Shown piece by piece: positions 18,945 through 29,526 of a stretch of DNA of 64,000 nt. Source of the stretch: Bacteroidota bacterium (GTDB lineage: Bacteria; Bacteroidota; Bacteroidia; B-17B0; Aurantibacillaceae). The translations under genes and the position numbers were made by a program. The notes under the pieces were generated by a model that was not told the origin of the DNA, did no database searches, and saw only the letters and a program-made list of their open reading frames with translations. The DNA is taken from contig JACQAK010000150.1 of assembly GCA_016194985.1 (NCBI GenBank), positions 236 through 64,235 of the forward strand, read 5' to 3'. Position 1 is the stretch's first letter. The number at the start of each line of letters is the position of its first letter.

Positions 18945-19255
18945 GCTCACTTTTTAGAATAAATTAGCTTTTTAAGGATATTAGGGCGCGTCCCTCCTGA
19001 CGTCGGGTCGGGCTTTCGGCACTCGCTTTTTATTTGCCCGATGGGACAAATAAAAGAGCTCAAACAAAGCCTCAATCCCTCGCGCGGAATTAACTTCAGT
19101 GTTAAAATTTTACCTTAATTAGTAAAACCTGCGTGAGGGATGCAAGTGGAAATCCTTTTGCCTGCCTCTTGCAAAAGATTGCAACGGGCAGCCCGACCAC
19201 GCCGCCTCTTTAACGGGGGCACGCCCTAAGCACCCAAATAGTAAAAAATCCTTTT
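18945..19255. repeat. GC-rich multi-helix element (candidate structured ncRNA or MITE-like repeat), full-length copy
   Basis: Nested complementary pairs are 18984-18988 gggcg with 19222-19226 cgccc, and 19006-19014 ggtcgggct with 19190-19198 agcccgacc. Local hairpins occur at 19025-19059, at 19075-19087 paired with 19129-19141, and at 19151-19180. No ORF is present. Related fragments occur elsewhere in the window. Confidence 0.6.
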
Positions 19256-19302
19256 TTAAAGCCCATTGATTTTATTATCTTCACATCCTCAAATTATAAG
19301 CT

Positions 19303-20754
19303 ATGACTACTCGTACAAAAATCAAAGATGTATTAAAAGGAAGTTTAATCGACCAAACAGTTAATGTAAAAGGTTGGGTACGCACATTTCGTAACAATTC
19401 ATTCATTGCCATTAATGATGGCTCCAGCATTAATAATATTCAAGCGGTAGTTAATTTTGAAACAACAAATCCTGAGACGTTAAAACGTATTACTCCCGGT
19501 GCCTGTGTTGGTGTTACGGGGAAATTAGTAGCTTCGCAAGGCAAAGGACAATCTGTAGAAATCATTGTTTCCGATATTGAAATTTATGGAGATGCGGAAT
19601 CGGATGTTACCAAACCAAATTCGTATCCTTTACAGCCCAAAGCACATTCGTTAGAGTTCCTGAGAGAGATCGCTCATTTACGTTTTCGTACCAATACCTT
19701 TGGTGCGGTTTTCAGAGTACGTCATACATTAGCCTACGCTGTCCATAAGTTTTTTAATGATAAAGGCTTTGTATATATGCATACGCCTATTATTACCAGC
19801 AGCGATGCCGAAGGTGCAGGCGAAATGTTCCGTGTTTCTACTTTAGATCCTAAAAACCCTCCGCTAAACGAAGCAGGTGAAATTGATTACAAACAGGACT
19901 TTTTTGGAAAAGCTACCAATTTAACTGTTTCCGGTCAATTAGAGGGCGAGTTAGCTGCTATGGCCTTTAGTGATATTTACACATTTGGTCCTACCTTCCG
20001 TGCCGAAAATTCAAACACCACCCGCCACTTAGCGGAGTTTTGGATGATTGAACCCGAGATGGCGTTTTATGATTTGAATGATAACATGGCACTGGCAGAA
20101 GAAATGCTGAAGTTTGTGATTGGCTTTGCTTTGGAAAAAAACAAAGAAGATATTGAATTCTTATCGCAACGTTTATTTGACGAAGAAAAACAAAAACCTC
20201 AAACAGAACGCAGCGAATTAACCTTACTGGAGAAATTAAATTTTTGTTTAGGAAACGACTTTGCGAAAATTACCTATACCGAAGCGATAGATATTTTACG
20301 CGAATCGAACCACAATAAGAAAAAGAAATTTCAATATATCATTGATGGCTGGGGAGCTGATCTGCAAAGCGAACATGAGCGTTACCTGGTAGAGAAACAT
20401 TTTAAAAAACCGGTTATTCTTACAGATTATCCAAAAGACATCAAAGCGTTTTACATGCGTCAAAACGACGATGGAAAAACAGTAAGAGCCATGGATATCC
20501 TGTTTCCGGGTATTGGCGAAATTGTAGGCGGATCGCAACGTGAAGAACGTTTGGAGAAATTAGAAACCCGTATGAAAGAAATGCATATACCTGCTGAAGA
20601 TTTAAGCTGGTATCTGGATACCCGTCGTTTTGGAGCTTGTCCTCATTCAGGATTTGGTTTAGGCTTTGAACGTTTGGTGTTATTTGTAACGGGCATGACC
20701 AATATCCGTGACGTGATTGCTTTCCCAAGAACGCCTAATAATTGTGAGTTTTAA
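19303..20754 (+). CDS. asnS: Asparagine--tRNA ligase
   Basis: 483 aa class IIb aaRS with an N-terminal OB fold. Motifs include [21 protein letters not shown] and GSQRE...GFGLGFERL. Confidence 0.93.
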   Translation: MTTRTKIKDVLKGSLIDQTVNVKGWVRTFRNNSFIAINDGSSINNIQAVVNFETTNPETLKRITPGACVGVTGKLVASQGKGQSVEIIVSDIEIYGDAESDVTKPNSYPLQPKAHSLEFLREIAHLRFRTNTFGAVFRVRHTLAYAVHKFFNDKGFVYMHTPIITSSDAEGAGEMFRVSTLDPKNPPLNEAGEIDYKQDFFGKATNLTVSGQLEGELAAMAFSDIYTFGPTFRAENSNTTRHLAEFWMIEPEMAFYDLNDNMALAEEMLKFVIGFALEKNKEDIEFLSQRLFDEEKQKPQTERSELTLLEKLNFCLGNDFAKITYTEAIDILRESNHNKKKKFQYIIDGWGADLQSEHERYLVEKHFKKPVILTDYPKDIKAFYMRQNDDGKTVRAMDILFPGIGEIVGGSQREERLEKLETRMKEMHIPAEDLSWYLDTRRFGACPHSGFGLGFERLVLFVTGMTNIRDVIAFPRTPNNCEF

Positions 20755-20848
20755 GCGATCATTGAAAATCATAGTTTACGCTTGTCAAAACTCCTGATCG
20801 TATTGCCTTATCCAATAAGTTGATTTATATTTGATATAAATAAAAACT

Positions 20849-23800
20849 ATGAGGTTCACTGTATCAGGAGTATTCCTATTGTTATTTTCTTTTGCTATTC
20901 GTGCTCAGCTTTGCCTGAATACTTCTGTGAACAGAGGTTTACTATACGAGCCATTAGAAACTATCTCTACAGATTTTAATTTGGATGGCAAGGCAGATAT
21001 TGCTATTATTATGAGTTCAGGCATCATTCAGATATTGCCCGGAAACGGCGATAACACTTTTGGTGCGGCTTTGAATATTTCTGCCGGACCGTCTCCCTCA
21101 TCTTTAAAAACCGGAGACTTTAATGCCGACGGAAAACCTGATCTGGCTTTGGCTAATACCGGAACAAATTATGTTTCTGTATTACTTGGTTTGGGAACAG
21201 GCAGCTTTGCTCCGGCAACTACCTATACATTAAACAGTAATGTGTATGCTCTGACTTGTAATGATTTTAATGGAGACGGAAATCCGGATTTGGCTGTTAC
21301 CAGTGCCACGAATGTTTCTATATTTTCTGGACTCGGAACAGGATCTTTTTCTGCTCCGGTAACTTATAGTGTAAATGTAAATGCCAATATTATTGAAAGT
21401 GCTGATCTGAATAATGATGGTAAACTTGATTTCATATTAGCCAACAATGCTTTTAATTCTCCATACGTTTATGTTGCTATGGCATTAAGTGCAGGAGGTT
21501 ACTCTGCTTCTGTTGCAACTCCGGTTTGTAATAGCCCAACTGCTATTATTTGTAACGACTTTACTGATGATGGCATCAAAGATGTGGTTGTTACCAACTT
21601 AAGCTGTAGCTATAGATCCATATTAATAGGTACTGGTACCGGAAGTTTTTCCAATACGCTTCTCAATGATTGTACACAGGGGGAGTCTGCAGCCCTGAGT
21701 GCCGATTTTAATAATGATGGCAAGCAGGATCTTGCTGTTACCAATAGTACAAACGGTTCTGTGGGTATTTTATCAGGCACCGGAGATGTTAACGCCTATT
21801 ATATTTTTGATGCCTCTTATTATACTACCGGGTTAGGTCCTCAATCTATTGCCTCTTCAGATTTTAACGGGGATGGACTTATTGATTTAATTGTGGGGAA
21901 TCGTGATTCAAAGACCTTGTCCATTTTAAACGGTAATGGCAATGGTAAATTTGCGGCATCAAAATTAATAGTAACAAGCGCCAACCCAAGTTTTGCTACG
22001 GTTGCTGATATAAACAACGATAGCTATTCCGATATCATTGTTGGTTACGTAAATTCCTCCAGTGCCCGTGTATTATTGAATACCGGCACAGTTCAGGAGT
22101 TTGAGTTATGGAATCCTGCAAATTTTGGAACTGTGCTTACAACTATTAAATCAGCAGATATAAACCATGATGGTAATATAGACTTAGTAGGTGTTAATGG
22201 ATATACGAATACCATTTCTGTAGTTCTTGGATCCGGTAATGGTAATTTTGGAAGCCCAACTACTTATACCCTTTCCGGGTCGCCCAGAGACATAGCAATA
22301 GCTGATTTTAACAACGACAGTTATCCCGATCTGGCAATAACTCAAAGCACCAATACACTGTCCATTATGCTTGGTACTGCCGGAGGAAGCTTACTACCTG
22401 CCATTTCATATTCGGTTAGTAGCCCGCATACCGGTATCGTTACAAGTGATTATAACAATGATGGGAATTTAGACTTAGTTACCACTTCTTACAGTTCGAA
22501 TTCATATTTTGTATCGCTGGGAGTTGGCAACGGTAACTTTGCACCAGAAGTTAGTTATAATGCAACAGGAGCATATCCTTTGCAAATAGCTGCTATTGCC
22601 ACTAAAGATTTTAATAATGATGGCATTAATGATTTGGTACTAACGCAAACCAATATCTCAACAAGCGCAGCTGATTACGCCATTTTTATAGCTACCGGCA
22701 CAGGTAGTTTTAATTTTTCCTCTTTTAGTTCTATTGGTTCTAATCCAAACTCTATTGTGTGTGCCGATTACGATGGTGATAATAAACAAGACCTAGCAAT
22801 AGTATCAACAGATTATAGTAGTGGTGGTAGTTTTACCTACAATAACATATCATTTTTTTTAGGTTACGGTAATGGCACATTTGGAAGCGAAATTGATTAT
22901 CCGGTAGGCCTCGATCCTGTTATGGTGGTAAATGCGGATTTTAATAATGATTCGAAAACAGATCTTATAAGTATAAATTTCAGGTCTGATAACCTCTCCT
23001 TGATTATGAATGGCCCACCAATTGAAATTGTATCTTCAAATACCATTTGTGCCGGAACTAACACTCCGCTTACAGCCTATGGAACCAGTACCTATAGCTG
23101 GAGCACCGGGTCAAATGCCGCTGTTATTCATGTTAGTCCTTCCGTAAATACTACTTATACCGTTACCGGAACTGCGACTTCAGGCTGTATTGGCACTGCT
23201 GTTAAAACCATCAGCGTTGCTCCATTGCCGGCGGTTTCTGCAACAAGTGGCAGTATTTGTACAGGCAGTAGTTATACAATTACACCGGGAGGGGCACATA
23301 CCTATACGTTCAGCAGCGGATCAGCTATTGTATCGCCTGTAAGCACTTCAAATTATACTGTTTTTGGCATGGATACAATTACCATGTGCACTGGTAACGC
23401 TATAAGTACAATTACTGTTGATCAAACCTGTCAGGATGTTTGGCCGGGAGATGCCAACAGCGACGGTGTTGCCAATAACTTGGATGTTTTGGAGTTAGGT
23501 CTGCATTATTCTCAAACAGGTACGCCAAGAGCAGTCACAAGTAATAGTTGGCAACCATGGTTCTCCAGCAACTGGGCAGGAACAATCAGCAACGGCAAAA
23601 ATATAAACCATAGTGATTGTAATGGGGATGGAACCATTAATGATGCTGATACCTTAGCCATTTTTACAAATTATGGCTTCACACATGCATTTAGGAGTTC
23701 CGAAACAACTAGTGTGAATCCACAATTAAGTATTATCCCCGATCAGGCATCCGTATTAAAAGGCAACTGGGGATCTGCATCGATATATCTGGGAGATGCC

Positions 23801-24421
23801 GGCAATCCTATGGTAAACATAAACGGTGCTGCATTTACGGTTACCTTTAATAAAACACTCATCGAACCAACCAATATTTATTTAGAATATCAGCCTTCAT
23901 TTTTAGATGCCTCTCAAAATTTGCATTTCAGAAAATTAGATTTTCTGAATGAAAAAATATTCACCGCAACAACACATACCGTTAGCAATAATGCAAATGG
24001 CTTTGGAAAGATTGCTACTTTATACTATCAAATTAAATCCAACCTAGGCAGCGATCAGGTATTAACCGTTGGATTATCACAGGCTTACCGGTCAAATGCA
24101 TCAGGAAGTATCACCCCCTTATCTTCAGGAACGGGAACGTTAATGGCACTGGCAAATACTGTAGGTTTAACAGAACATTTGTTTACCGATATCGTTTCTA
24201 TCAGTCCTAATCCTGCCAGTGATGTAATTACCGTATCTGCCAAATCAGATTTACAAAAAATAGAACTAACCACTGTTACCGGTCAGTTAGTATTAAGTGA
24301 AACATCCAGTGACAATAACCATATATTACATTTAGAAAGTTATTCGGCCGGTGTTTACTTCATCAGCATTTACCAGCAAAACCGAATTATAAAAAGGGAA
24401 AAGATAATTATAACTAAATAG
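20849..24421 (+). CDS. FG-GAP/VCBS-repeat protein with Ig-like, dockerin-like and cohesin-like modules and T9SS type A CTD
   Basis: 1190 aa with signal peptide ending AIRAQ. More than 10 repeats of the form DFN.DG..DL.. are present. Two Ca-loop motifs are GDANSDGVANNLDV and DCNGDGTINDADT. The C-terminus is SISPNPASDVITV...GVYFISIYQ. Confidence 0.8.
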   Translation: MRFTVSGVFLLLFSFAIRAQLCLNTSVNRGLLYEPLETISTDFNLDGKADIAIIMSSGIIQILPGNGDNTFGAALNISAGPSPSSLKTGDFNADGKPDLALANTGTNYVSVLLGLGTGSFAPATTYTLNSNVYALTCNDFNGDGNPDLAVTSATNVSIFSGLGTGSFSAPVTYSVNVNANIIESADLNNDGKLDFILANNAFNSPYVYVAMALSAGGYSASVATPVCNSPTAIICNDFTDDGIKDVVVTNLSCSYRSILIGTGTGSFSNTLLNDCTQGESAALSADFNNDGKQDLAVTNSTNGSVGILSGTGDVNAYYIFDASYYTTGLGPQSIASSDFNGDGLIDLIVGNRDSKTLSILNGNGNGKFAASKLIVTSANPSFATVADINNDSYSDIIVGYVNSSSARVLLNTGTVQEFELWNPANFGTVLTTIKSADINHDGNIDLVGVNGYTNTISVVLGSGNGNFGSPTTYTLSGSPRDIAIADFNNDSYPDLAITQSTNTLSIMLGTAGGSLLPAISYSVSSPHTGIVTSDYNNDGNLDLVTTSYSSNSYFVSLGVGNGNFAPEVSYNATGAYPLQIAAIATKDFNNDGINDLVLTQTNISTSAADYAIFIATGTGSFNFSSFSSIGSNPNSIVCADYDGDNKQDLAIVSTDYSSGGSFTYNNISFFLGYGNGTFGSEIDYPVGLDPVMVVNADFNNDSKTDLISINFRSDNLSLIMNGPPIEIVSSNTICAGTNTPLTAYGTSTYSWSTGSNAAVIHVSPSVNTTYTVTGTATSGCIGTAVKTISVAPLPAVSATSGSICTGSSYTITPGGAHTYTFSSGSAIVSPVSTSNYTVFGMDTITMCTGNAISTITVDQTCQDVWPGDANSDGVANNLDVLELGLHYSQTGTPRAVTSNSWQPWFSSNWAGTISNGKNINHSDCNGDGTINDADTLAIFTNYGFTHAFRSSETTSVNPQLSIIPDQASVLKGNWGSASIYLGDAGNPMVNINGAAFTVTFNKTLIEPTNIYLEYQPSFLDASQNLHFRKLDFLNEKIFTATTHTVSNNANGFGKIATLYYQIKSNLGSDQVLTVGLSQAYRSNASGSITPLSSGTGTLMALANTVGLTEHLFTDIVSISPNPASDVITVSAKSDLQKIELTTVTGQLVLSETSSDNNHILHLESYSAGVYFISIYQQNRIIKREKIIITK

Positions 24422-25048
24422 TTATTGATTTAATACCCATTTCAACTCATTCAGCATCATCGCTGTTGCACCCCAAAGCACCTTACCTTGCACATCAAAG
24501 TAGGGTGTTTTTAATTTATATCCCGGCACAGGCTCTACGGTTGTTTCTTTCACGGCATCCGGATTTAGCAATTCTGTGATCTCCCATTCTATCAAGGCAT
24601 TAACCTCATAGGCGCTGGCGGAAAAATTTGGCTTCTGACGGGCATATGAGACAAAGGGCTGCACCATAAATTTACTCACCGGAATATATACCGGTGTTAA
24701 TTTTCCAATAACGGTAGGCGTTGTATCTGCTCCTGTTTCTTCAAAAAATTCGCGTAAGGCTGTTGCCTGCAAATCTACATCCGCGGGTTCTGCTTTACCT
24801 CCCGGAAAAGCAATCTGCCCACTATGGTGCCCATTGTAGGTCATACGTTCAATTAGCAAAACAGAGATTTGTTGTTGTTCATTGGGATATAATAAAATTA
24901 AAACTGCACTCGGGCGGTAGGATTCTGCGTCCAGCGACGAATCCATAATTTTTTCGCGCTTTACATGAGCCATTTCAAATTGAATCTCAATTCCCGGTAA
25001 TGGTTTTTGTAAATTTGTTTTTAAATGGGCGATGAATTCTTCAAACAT
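24422..25048 (-). CDS. NUDIX hydrolase, CoA pyrophosphatase-like
   Basis: The Nudix box is GGKAEPADVDLQATALREFFEETG. It is preceded by LLIERMTYNGHHSGQIAFPGG, a CoA-type upstream motif. Confidence 0.8.
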   Translation of the reverse strand: MFEEFIAHLKTNLQKPLPGIEIQFEMAHVKREKIMDSSLDAESYRPSAVLILLYPNEQQQISVLLIERMTYNGHHSGQIAFPGGKAEPADVDLQATALREFFEETGADTTPTVIGKLTPVYIPVSKFMVQPFVSYARQKPNFSASAYEVNALIEWEITELLNPDAVKETTVEPVPGYKLKTPYFDVQGKVLWGATAMMLNELKWVLNQ

Positions 25049-25092
25049 TATCTATTGTTGTTTGTCTTAATAGTATAACAAATATAAAGCTT

Positions 25093-25560
25093 ATGAACTT
25101 CTATAGCATTAAAAGCACACAACATTTACCGGTTTCTTTAAAAGAGGCCTGGGATTTTTTTTCTTCTCCTAATAATTTACAACATATCACCCCACCGGAT
25201 ATGAGCTTTGTGATTACATCTGATCGTAAAGACGGGGAAGTGATGTATCCGGGACAGATCATTACCTATACCCTGAAGCCATTGTTTGGCATTAAAGTAA
25301 AATGGATGACCGAAATTACACATGTAAAAGACGGAGATTATTTTATTGATGAGCAACGGTTCGGGCCCTATAAATTATGGCATCATCGGCATTCATTCAA
25401 AGAGACTGCTAATGGCGTGGAGATGTATGATGAAGTGAATTATGTTTTACCATTTGGATTTATTGGGGCCATCGCTCATTGGCTATTTATCCGCAAACGT
25501 ATAGAAGGTATTTTTACTTTCCGAAAAAAAGTGGTGGAAGAGTTATTTGGCAAAAAATAA
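25093..25560 (+). CDS. SRPBCC (START/Bet v1-like) family protein
   Basis: 155 aa. The length and pattern (W..F..P.....I.P......GPY..W.H.H.F) fit SRPBCC ligand-binding proteins. Confidence 0.6.
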   Translation: MNFYSIKSTQHLPVSLKEAWDFFSSPNNLQHITPPDMSFVITSDRKDGEVMYPGQIITYTLKPLFGIKVKWMTEITHVKDGDYFIDEQRFGPYKLWHHRHSFKETANGVEMYDEVNYVLPFGFIGAIAHWLFIRKRIEGIFTFRKKVVEELFGKK

Positions 25561-25938
25561 TTACGCAGCGAATTTCTTCCTTGACTTTCTGATGGCGCTC
25601 ATATTATCTTCTGCCCAGCTTTTCAGACTGTTAATATGTGGCAACAGGCTCTTTCCCATATCGGTTAATTCATATTCCACACGCGGAGGAATTTCAGGGA
25701 AAATTTTTCTGGAGATTAATCCGTCAGCTTCCAATGATCTTAATGTAACCGTCAGCATTTTTTGAGACACATCCGTCATGGACTTATTGATCTCATTAAA
25801 ACGCATTTTTCCATGTGCCGATAAATTTACCATTACCAGTATCGACCATTTATCTCCAAAACGATCCAATACAGAACGAATAGGGCATTTTTCCAAATCA
25901 TGAACCATCGCTTCGTCTTTCTTTTTCATTTTATCCAA
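25561..25938 (-). CDS. HxlR family winged-helix transcriptional regulator
   Basis: 125 aa with CPIRSVLDRFGDKWSILVM...PPRVEYELT. It is divergent from a nitroreductase gene. Confidence 0.85.
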   Translation of the reverse strand: MDKMKKKDEAMVHDLEKCPIRSVLDRFGDKWSILVMVNLSAHGKMRFNEINKSMTDVSQKMLTVTLRSLEADGLISRKIFPEIPPRVEYELTDMGKSLLPHINSLKSWAEDNMSAIRKSRKKFAA

Positions 25939-26087
25939 CTGATTATCAAGTTAGTATCTTAAAGGGAAGTAACCCACTTTTTAGTGCCTACTTGTAGAAT
26001 AGTTAGTTACTATTTACTTTTGACTCTCCAAAAGTAAGTTAATTTCTTTTGGTTTGCAAATTAACAATCATTATTTAAAAACACATT

Positions 26088-26720
26088 ATGAACTTAGTAG
26101 AAGATTTAAACTGGCGTTATGCCACCAAAAAAATGAACGGAACTGCTGTTCCTCAGGAGAAAGTAGATTATATTTTAGAAGCGGCGCGTTTGGCGCCCTC
26201 TTCATCGGGCTTACAGCCTTTTGAAATCATTGTCATCTCCAACAAAGAATTATTAGAGAAAGTAAAACCTGTGGCCAACGGTCAGGGCCAGATTACCGAC
26301 TGTTCTCATTTACTGGTATTTGCTGCCTGGGATACCTATACCGAGGAGCGTATTACCGAAGTGTTTAACAGAACTATAGCAGAACGTCAATTACCTGAAA
26401 ATACAATGGATGCATACAAGGCCATGCTAATTGGCGCTTACCCAAAAAGACCAGCCGATGTAAACTTTCAACATGCCGCCAAACAGGCTTATATATCATT
26501 AGGAATAGCAATGGCTGCCGCCGCTGAACAAAAAGTAGATGCTACTCCTATGGAAGGGTTCAATAATGAAGCTTTGGATGAATTACTTAATTTAAAAGCC
26601 AAAGGCTTAAGATCTGCTGTTATTTTACCTCTGGGATACAGAGATGAAGCTAATGACTGGTTAGTGAAACTAAAAAAAGTAAGAACACCAAAAGAAAAAT
26701 TCATCACTGAGCTGAAATAA
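26088..26720 (+). CDS. Nitroreductase family NAD(P)H-dependent oxidoreductase
   Basis: 210 aa with RYATKKM...ARLAPSSSGLQP, typical of the FMN nitroreductase fold. Confidence 0.8.
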   Translation: MNLVEDLNWRYATKKMNGTAVPQEKVDYILEAARLAPSSSGLQPFEIIVISNKELLEKVKPVANGQGQITDCSHLLVFAAWDTYTEERITEVFNRTIAERQLPENTMDAYKAMLIGAYPKRPADVNFQHAAKQAYISLGIAMAAAAEQKVDATPMEGFNNEALDELLNLKAKGLRSAVILPLGYRDEANDWLVKLKKVRTPKEKFITELK

Positions 26721-26739
26721 TAAATTTGTTGTCGATGGT

Positions 26740-26779
26740 CGCCATTGCAGGATTTTAGCCTCCTGTAATGGCGTTTTTT
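26740..26779 (+). terminator. Intrinsic terminator after the nitroreductase gene
   Basis: The stem is cgccattgcagga (26740-26752) paired with tcctgtaatggcg (26761-26773). A T6 run follows. Confidence 0.8.
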
Positions 26780-26849
26780 CTTTGATTTAACCCCAAAAAG
26801 AAGGGAATAGTAGGCTTATAAATGCATTAAATCCTTAAATTTGCATACC

Positions 26850-28055
26850 ATGGAAACAATTCAAGTAAATACAATCGAAGAAGCTATTGCTGATATACAG
26901 GCGGGTAAAGTAATTATTGTTGTAGACGATGAAGATCGCGAAAATGAAGGCGACTTTTTAACGGCCGCCCGCAATGTAACCCCCGAGATCATTAATTTTA
27001 TGGCTACTCATGGCCGAGGCTTGATTTGTGCCGCTGTTACAGAAGAACGGGCCAAAGAACTTCAATTAGAATTAATGGTAACCTCTAATACTGCTTTACA
27101 CGAAACGGCTTTTACCGTTTCTGTTGATTTGCTTGGACATGGTTGTACTACCGGTATTTCTACGGCGGATCGTTCTAAAACTGTAAAGGCGTTAATTGAT
27201 CCAAATATGAAGGCTTCTGATTTTGGAAGACCCGGACATATCTTTCCTCTTATTGCAAAAACCGGAGGTGTATTACGCCGTACCGGACATACCGAAGCAA
27301 CTATTGATTTTGCCCGCTTAGCAGGTTTTGAACCATGCGGTGCTTTGGTAGAAGTATTGAATGAAGATGGTACCATGGCGCGTTTACCGGATCTGGTAAA
27401 GGTGGCCAAACAATTCAATTTAAAGATTGTTACCATAAAGGATTTGATCAGCTACCGTTTGGCAAAAGAAAGTATTGTTACCCGTCAGGTAGAAGTGGCG
27501 ATGCCAACACAATGGGGCGATTTTAAATTAGTGGCTTACAAAGTAGACACCAATGGTGAAGAGCATATGGCTTTGGTAAAGGGCGAATGGAAAAAAGATG
27601 AGCCTGTTTTGGTTCGTGTGCATTCATCCTGTGTAACCGGAGATATCTTTGGATCGTGTCGTTGCGACTGTGGACCACAATTACACAAGGCTATGGAATT
27701 AATTGAAAAAGAAGGAAAAGGTGCTATTGTGTATATGAATCAGGAAGGCAGAGGCATTGGTTTATTAAATAAATTAAAAGCCTACAAATTACAAGAACAA
27801 GGGCGCGATACTGTTGAAGCGAATCTGGAATTAGGTTTTAAAATGGATGAGCGCGATTATGGGGTTGGTGCACAAATACTACGTGACCTAGGCATCAGTA
27901 AAATGAAATTAATTTCCAATAACCCTGTGAAGCGTGTTGGGTTAATCGGGTATGGATTAGAAGTGGTAGAGAACATCCCCATTATTATTCCATCCAATCC
28001 TCACAACGAAAAGTATATGCAAACCAAGAAAGACAAAATGGGACATAGTATTTAA
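26850..28055 (+). CDS. ribBA: Bifunctional 3,4-dihydroxy-2-butanone-4-phosphate synthase / GTP cyclohydrolase II
   Basis: The RibB part is [10 protein letters not shown]...TGHTEA. The RibA part is [21 protein letters not shown]...NQEGRGIGL. The ATG at 26850 is preferred over the TTG at 26841. Confidence 0.93.
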   Translation: METIQVNTIEEAIADIQAGKVIIVVDDEDRENEGDFLTAARNVTPEIINFMATHGRGLICAAVTEERAKELQLELMVTSNTALHETAFTVSVDLLGHGCTTGISTADRSKTVKALIDPNMKASDFGRPGHIFPLIAKTGGVLRRTGHTEATIDFARLAGFEPCGALVEVLNEDGTMARLPDLVKVAKQFNLKIVTIKDLISYRLAKESIVTRQVEVAMPTQWGDFKLVAYKVDTNGEEHMALVKGEWKKDEPVLVRVHSSCVTGDIFGSCRCDCGPQLHKAMELIEKEGKGAIVYMNQEGRGIGLLNKLKAYKLQEQGRDTVEANLELGFKMDERDYGVGAQILRDLGISKMKLISNNPVKRVGLIGYGLEVVENIPIIIPSNPHNEKYMQTKKDKMGHSI

Positions 28056-28087
28056 TTATTATATTTATAAAAACTAAACGATAAGGC

Positions 28088-29509
28088 TTGCAAAAAAAAT
28101 TAATAACATATTTTTCGAAGCAGCACTATATTTTATTTTCAATTCTTCTTTTAATCAGTGCCCTTTATTTTATTTCATCCTGTTATATCAACACTTCCAA
28201 TGATGGTAGTCATTACGCCTTAACAAGCGCGTTGGTTAACCAACATAGTGTAGTGATTAATGATTATATTAACTATACCGGCAAGATAGATTATGCCGTA
28301 AAAGACGGCGTTTTTTATTCGGACAGACTTCCGGGAAATGCTTTTTTAATGGTTCCTTTCTTTGCTTTTGGCAACGTACTGGAGTTTCTGCATTTGGATA
28401 CATTAAGCCATCATGTTCCCATACAGGAAGTAACCGTTATTTTTTTACCCAATTTATGTGGGGTAATAGGTGTTTTGTTTGTTTTCTTATTATGCCGGCA
28501 ATTTAACGCTTCTTTCAGAAAATCATTATTCCTTTCGATCATATATGCTGTATGTACGTTAAATCTTCAGGAATCAACGCATGTGTTTTCGCATGCTCCT
28601 TCCATGTGTTTGGTTTTAGCGGCCTTTTATTATTTAATTAAAACGCCTCACATTTATGACAAACACTTTTTATGGTTTGTCTTTTTGTTGTCATACAGCA
28701 GCATTGTAGAACTTCAAAATATATTACTGTTTTTTCCTGCTTTGGTATATCTATTTCAAAGCAAAAAAATCGATCTTAAACTACGATCCAAAAACATTAC
28801 TACCATCGGGTTATCAATGGCAATAGGTATTGCAACACTATCCATTTTGGTGATCTACAATTATATCGCTTTTGGCGAATTAACCTTAAAGTCCAATAAA
28901 TTTAATCCCGAATTTCCGGAAGAACAATCCTTTATTACCTCCTTGTCAGGTGACTTTATTACCGGAATTGATCGCTTAAGTACCAATTTTTTAACGCCCG
29001 AAGTGTGGTTTAACTTTGAATTAGGGGTAAAAAATGATATCCCGGGATTATTTATCACTTCACCGGTTTTATTGTTTTCATTATTTGGTTTTATTTTCTT
29101 TTTTAGAAACTATTCCAAAGAAGCGCTTCTGTATATGTCTATTATAGTCATTAATGTACTAATTGGTTCGTTTCATAAAACGGTTTTAATAAGACATATT
29201 TTTACGATCACTCCTTTTTTGTTCTTCCCTATGCTGTTTACCGTTAATGTTATTTTTGGGAAAAAATCCGGCTTCGTGAAAATGCTATTTATTGTCGTCT
29301 TTGGTATCTTAGCGGTCTTCAGTGCATACAGGGTGTTTTATGTTACCCATACGTATTGGGGCAGAGAGATTACTGCTATCTTTCCGTTTTCAGCAGAATT
29401 TAAAATATACATAGTATTTTTGTTATTTTTAAGCATCTTATTATTTCCTTTTTATTATAAAAGAATAAGCTTAAGCCGGATTCATACTAAAAAATCAATG
29501 GAAGAATAA
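28088..29509 (+). CDS. Polytopic membrane protein, GT-C-fold glycosyltransferase-like (PMT_2/ArnT-like, tentative)
   Basis: 473 aa with more than 10 hydrophobic segments and a first-loop acidic motif NTSNDGSHYAL. Only a TTG start is available. Confidence 0.55.
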   Translation: MQKKLITYFSKQHYILFSILLLISALYFISSCYINTSNDGSHYALTSALVNQHSVVINDYINYTGKIDYAVKDGVFYSDRLPGNAFLMVPFFAFGNVLEFLHLDTLSHHVPIQEVTVIFLPNLCGVIGVLFVFLLCRQFNASFRKSLFLSIIYAVCTLNLQESTHVFSHAPSMCLVLAAFYYLIKTPHIYDKHFLWFVFLLSYSSIVELQNILLFFPALVYLFQSKKIDLKLRSKNITTIGLSMAIGIATLSILVIYNYIAFGELTLKSNKFNPEFPEEQSFITSLSGDFITGIDRLSTNFLTPEVWFNFELGVKNDIPGLFITSPVLLFSLFGFIFFFRNYSKEALLYMSIIVINVLIGSFHKTVLIRHIFTITPFLFFPMLFTVNVIFGKKSGFVKMLFIVVFGILAVFSAYRVFYVTHTYWGREITAIFPFSAEFKIYIVFLLFLSILLFPFYYKRISLSRIHTKKSMEE

Positions 29510-29526
29510 CTAATAGACGTTACAAA

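Noticed and set aside
19129-19200. Resemblance of GAGGGAtgcaaGTGGAAATCC...CAGCCCG to the cobalamin riboswitch core
   Set aside because: There is no B12 box (GCCACTG) and no AGGGAA...GGGAAGGC closing elements. The adjacent genes (nfu, asnS) are not B12-related. The partial copy at 34834-34866 lacks the GTGGAAATCC stretch.
26721-26849. Looked for an FMN riboswitch upstream of ribBA
   Set aside because: The region contains only the upstream gene's terminator hairpin and AT-rich sequence. No conserved FMN-element core is evident.
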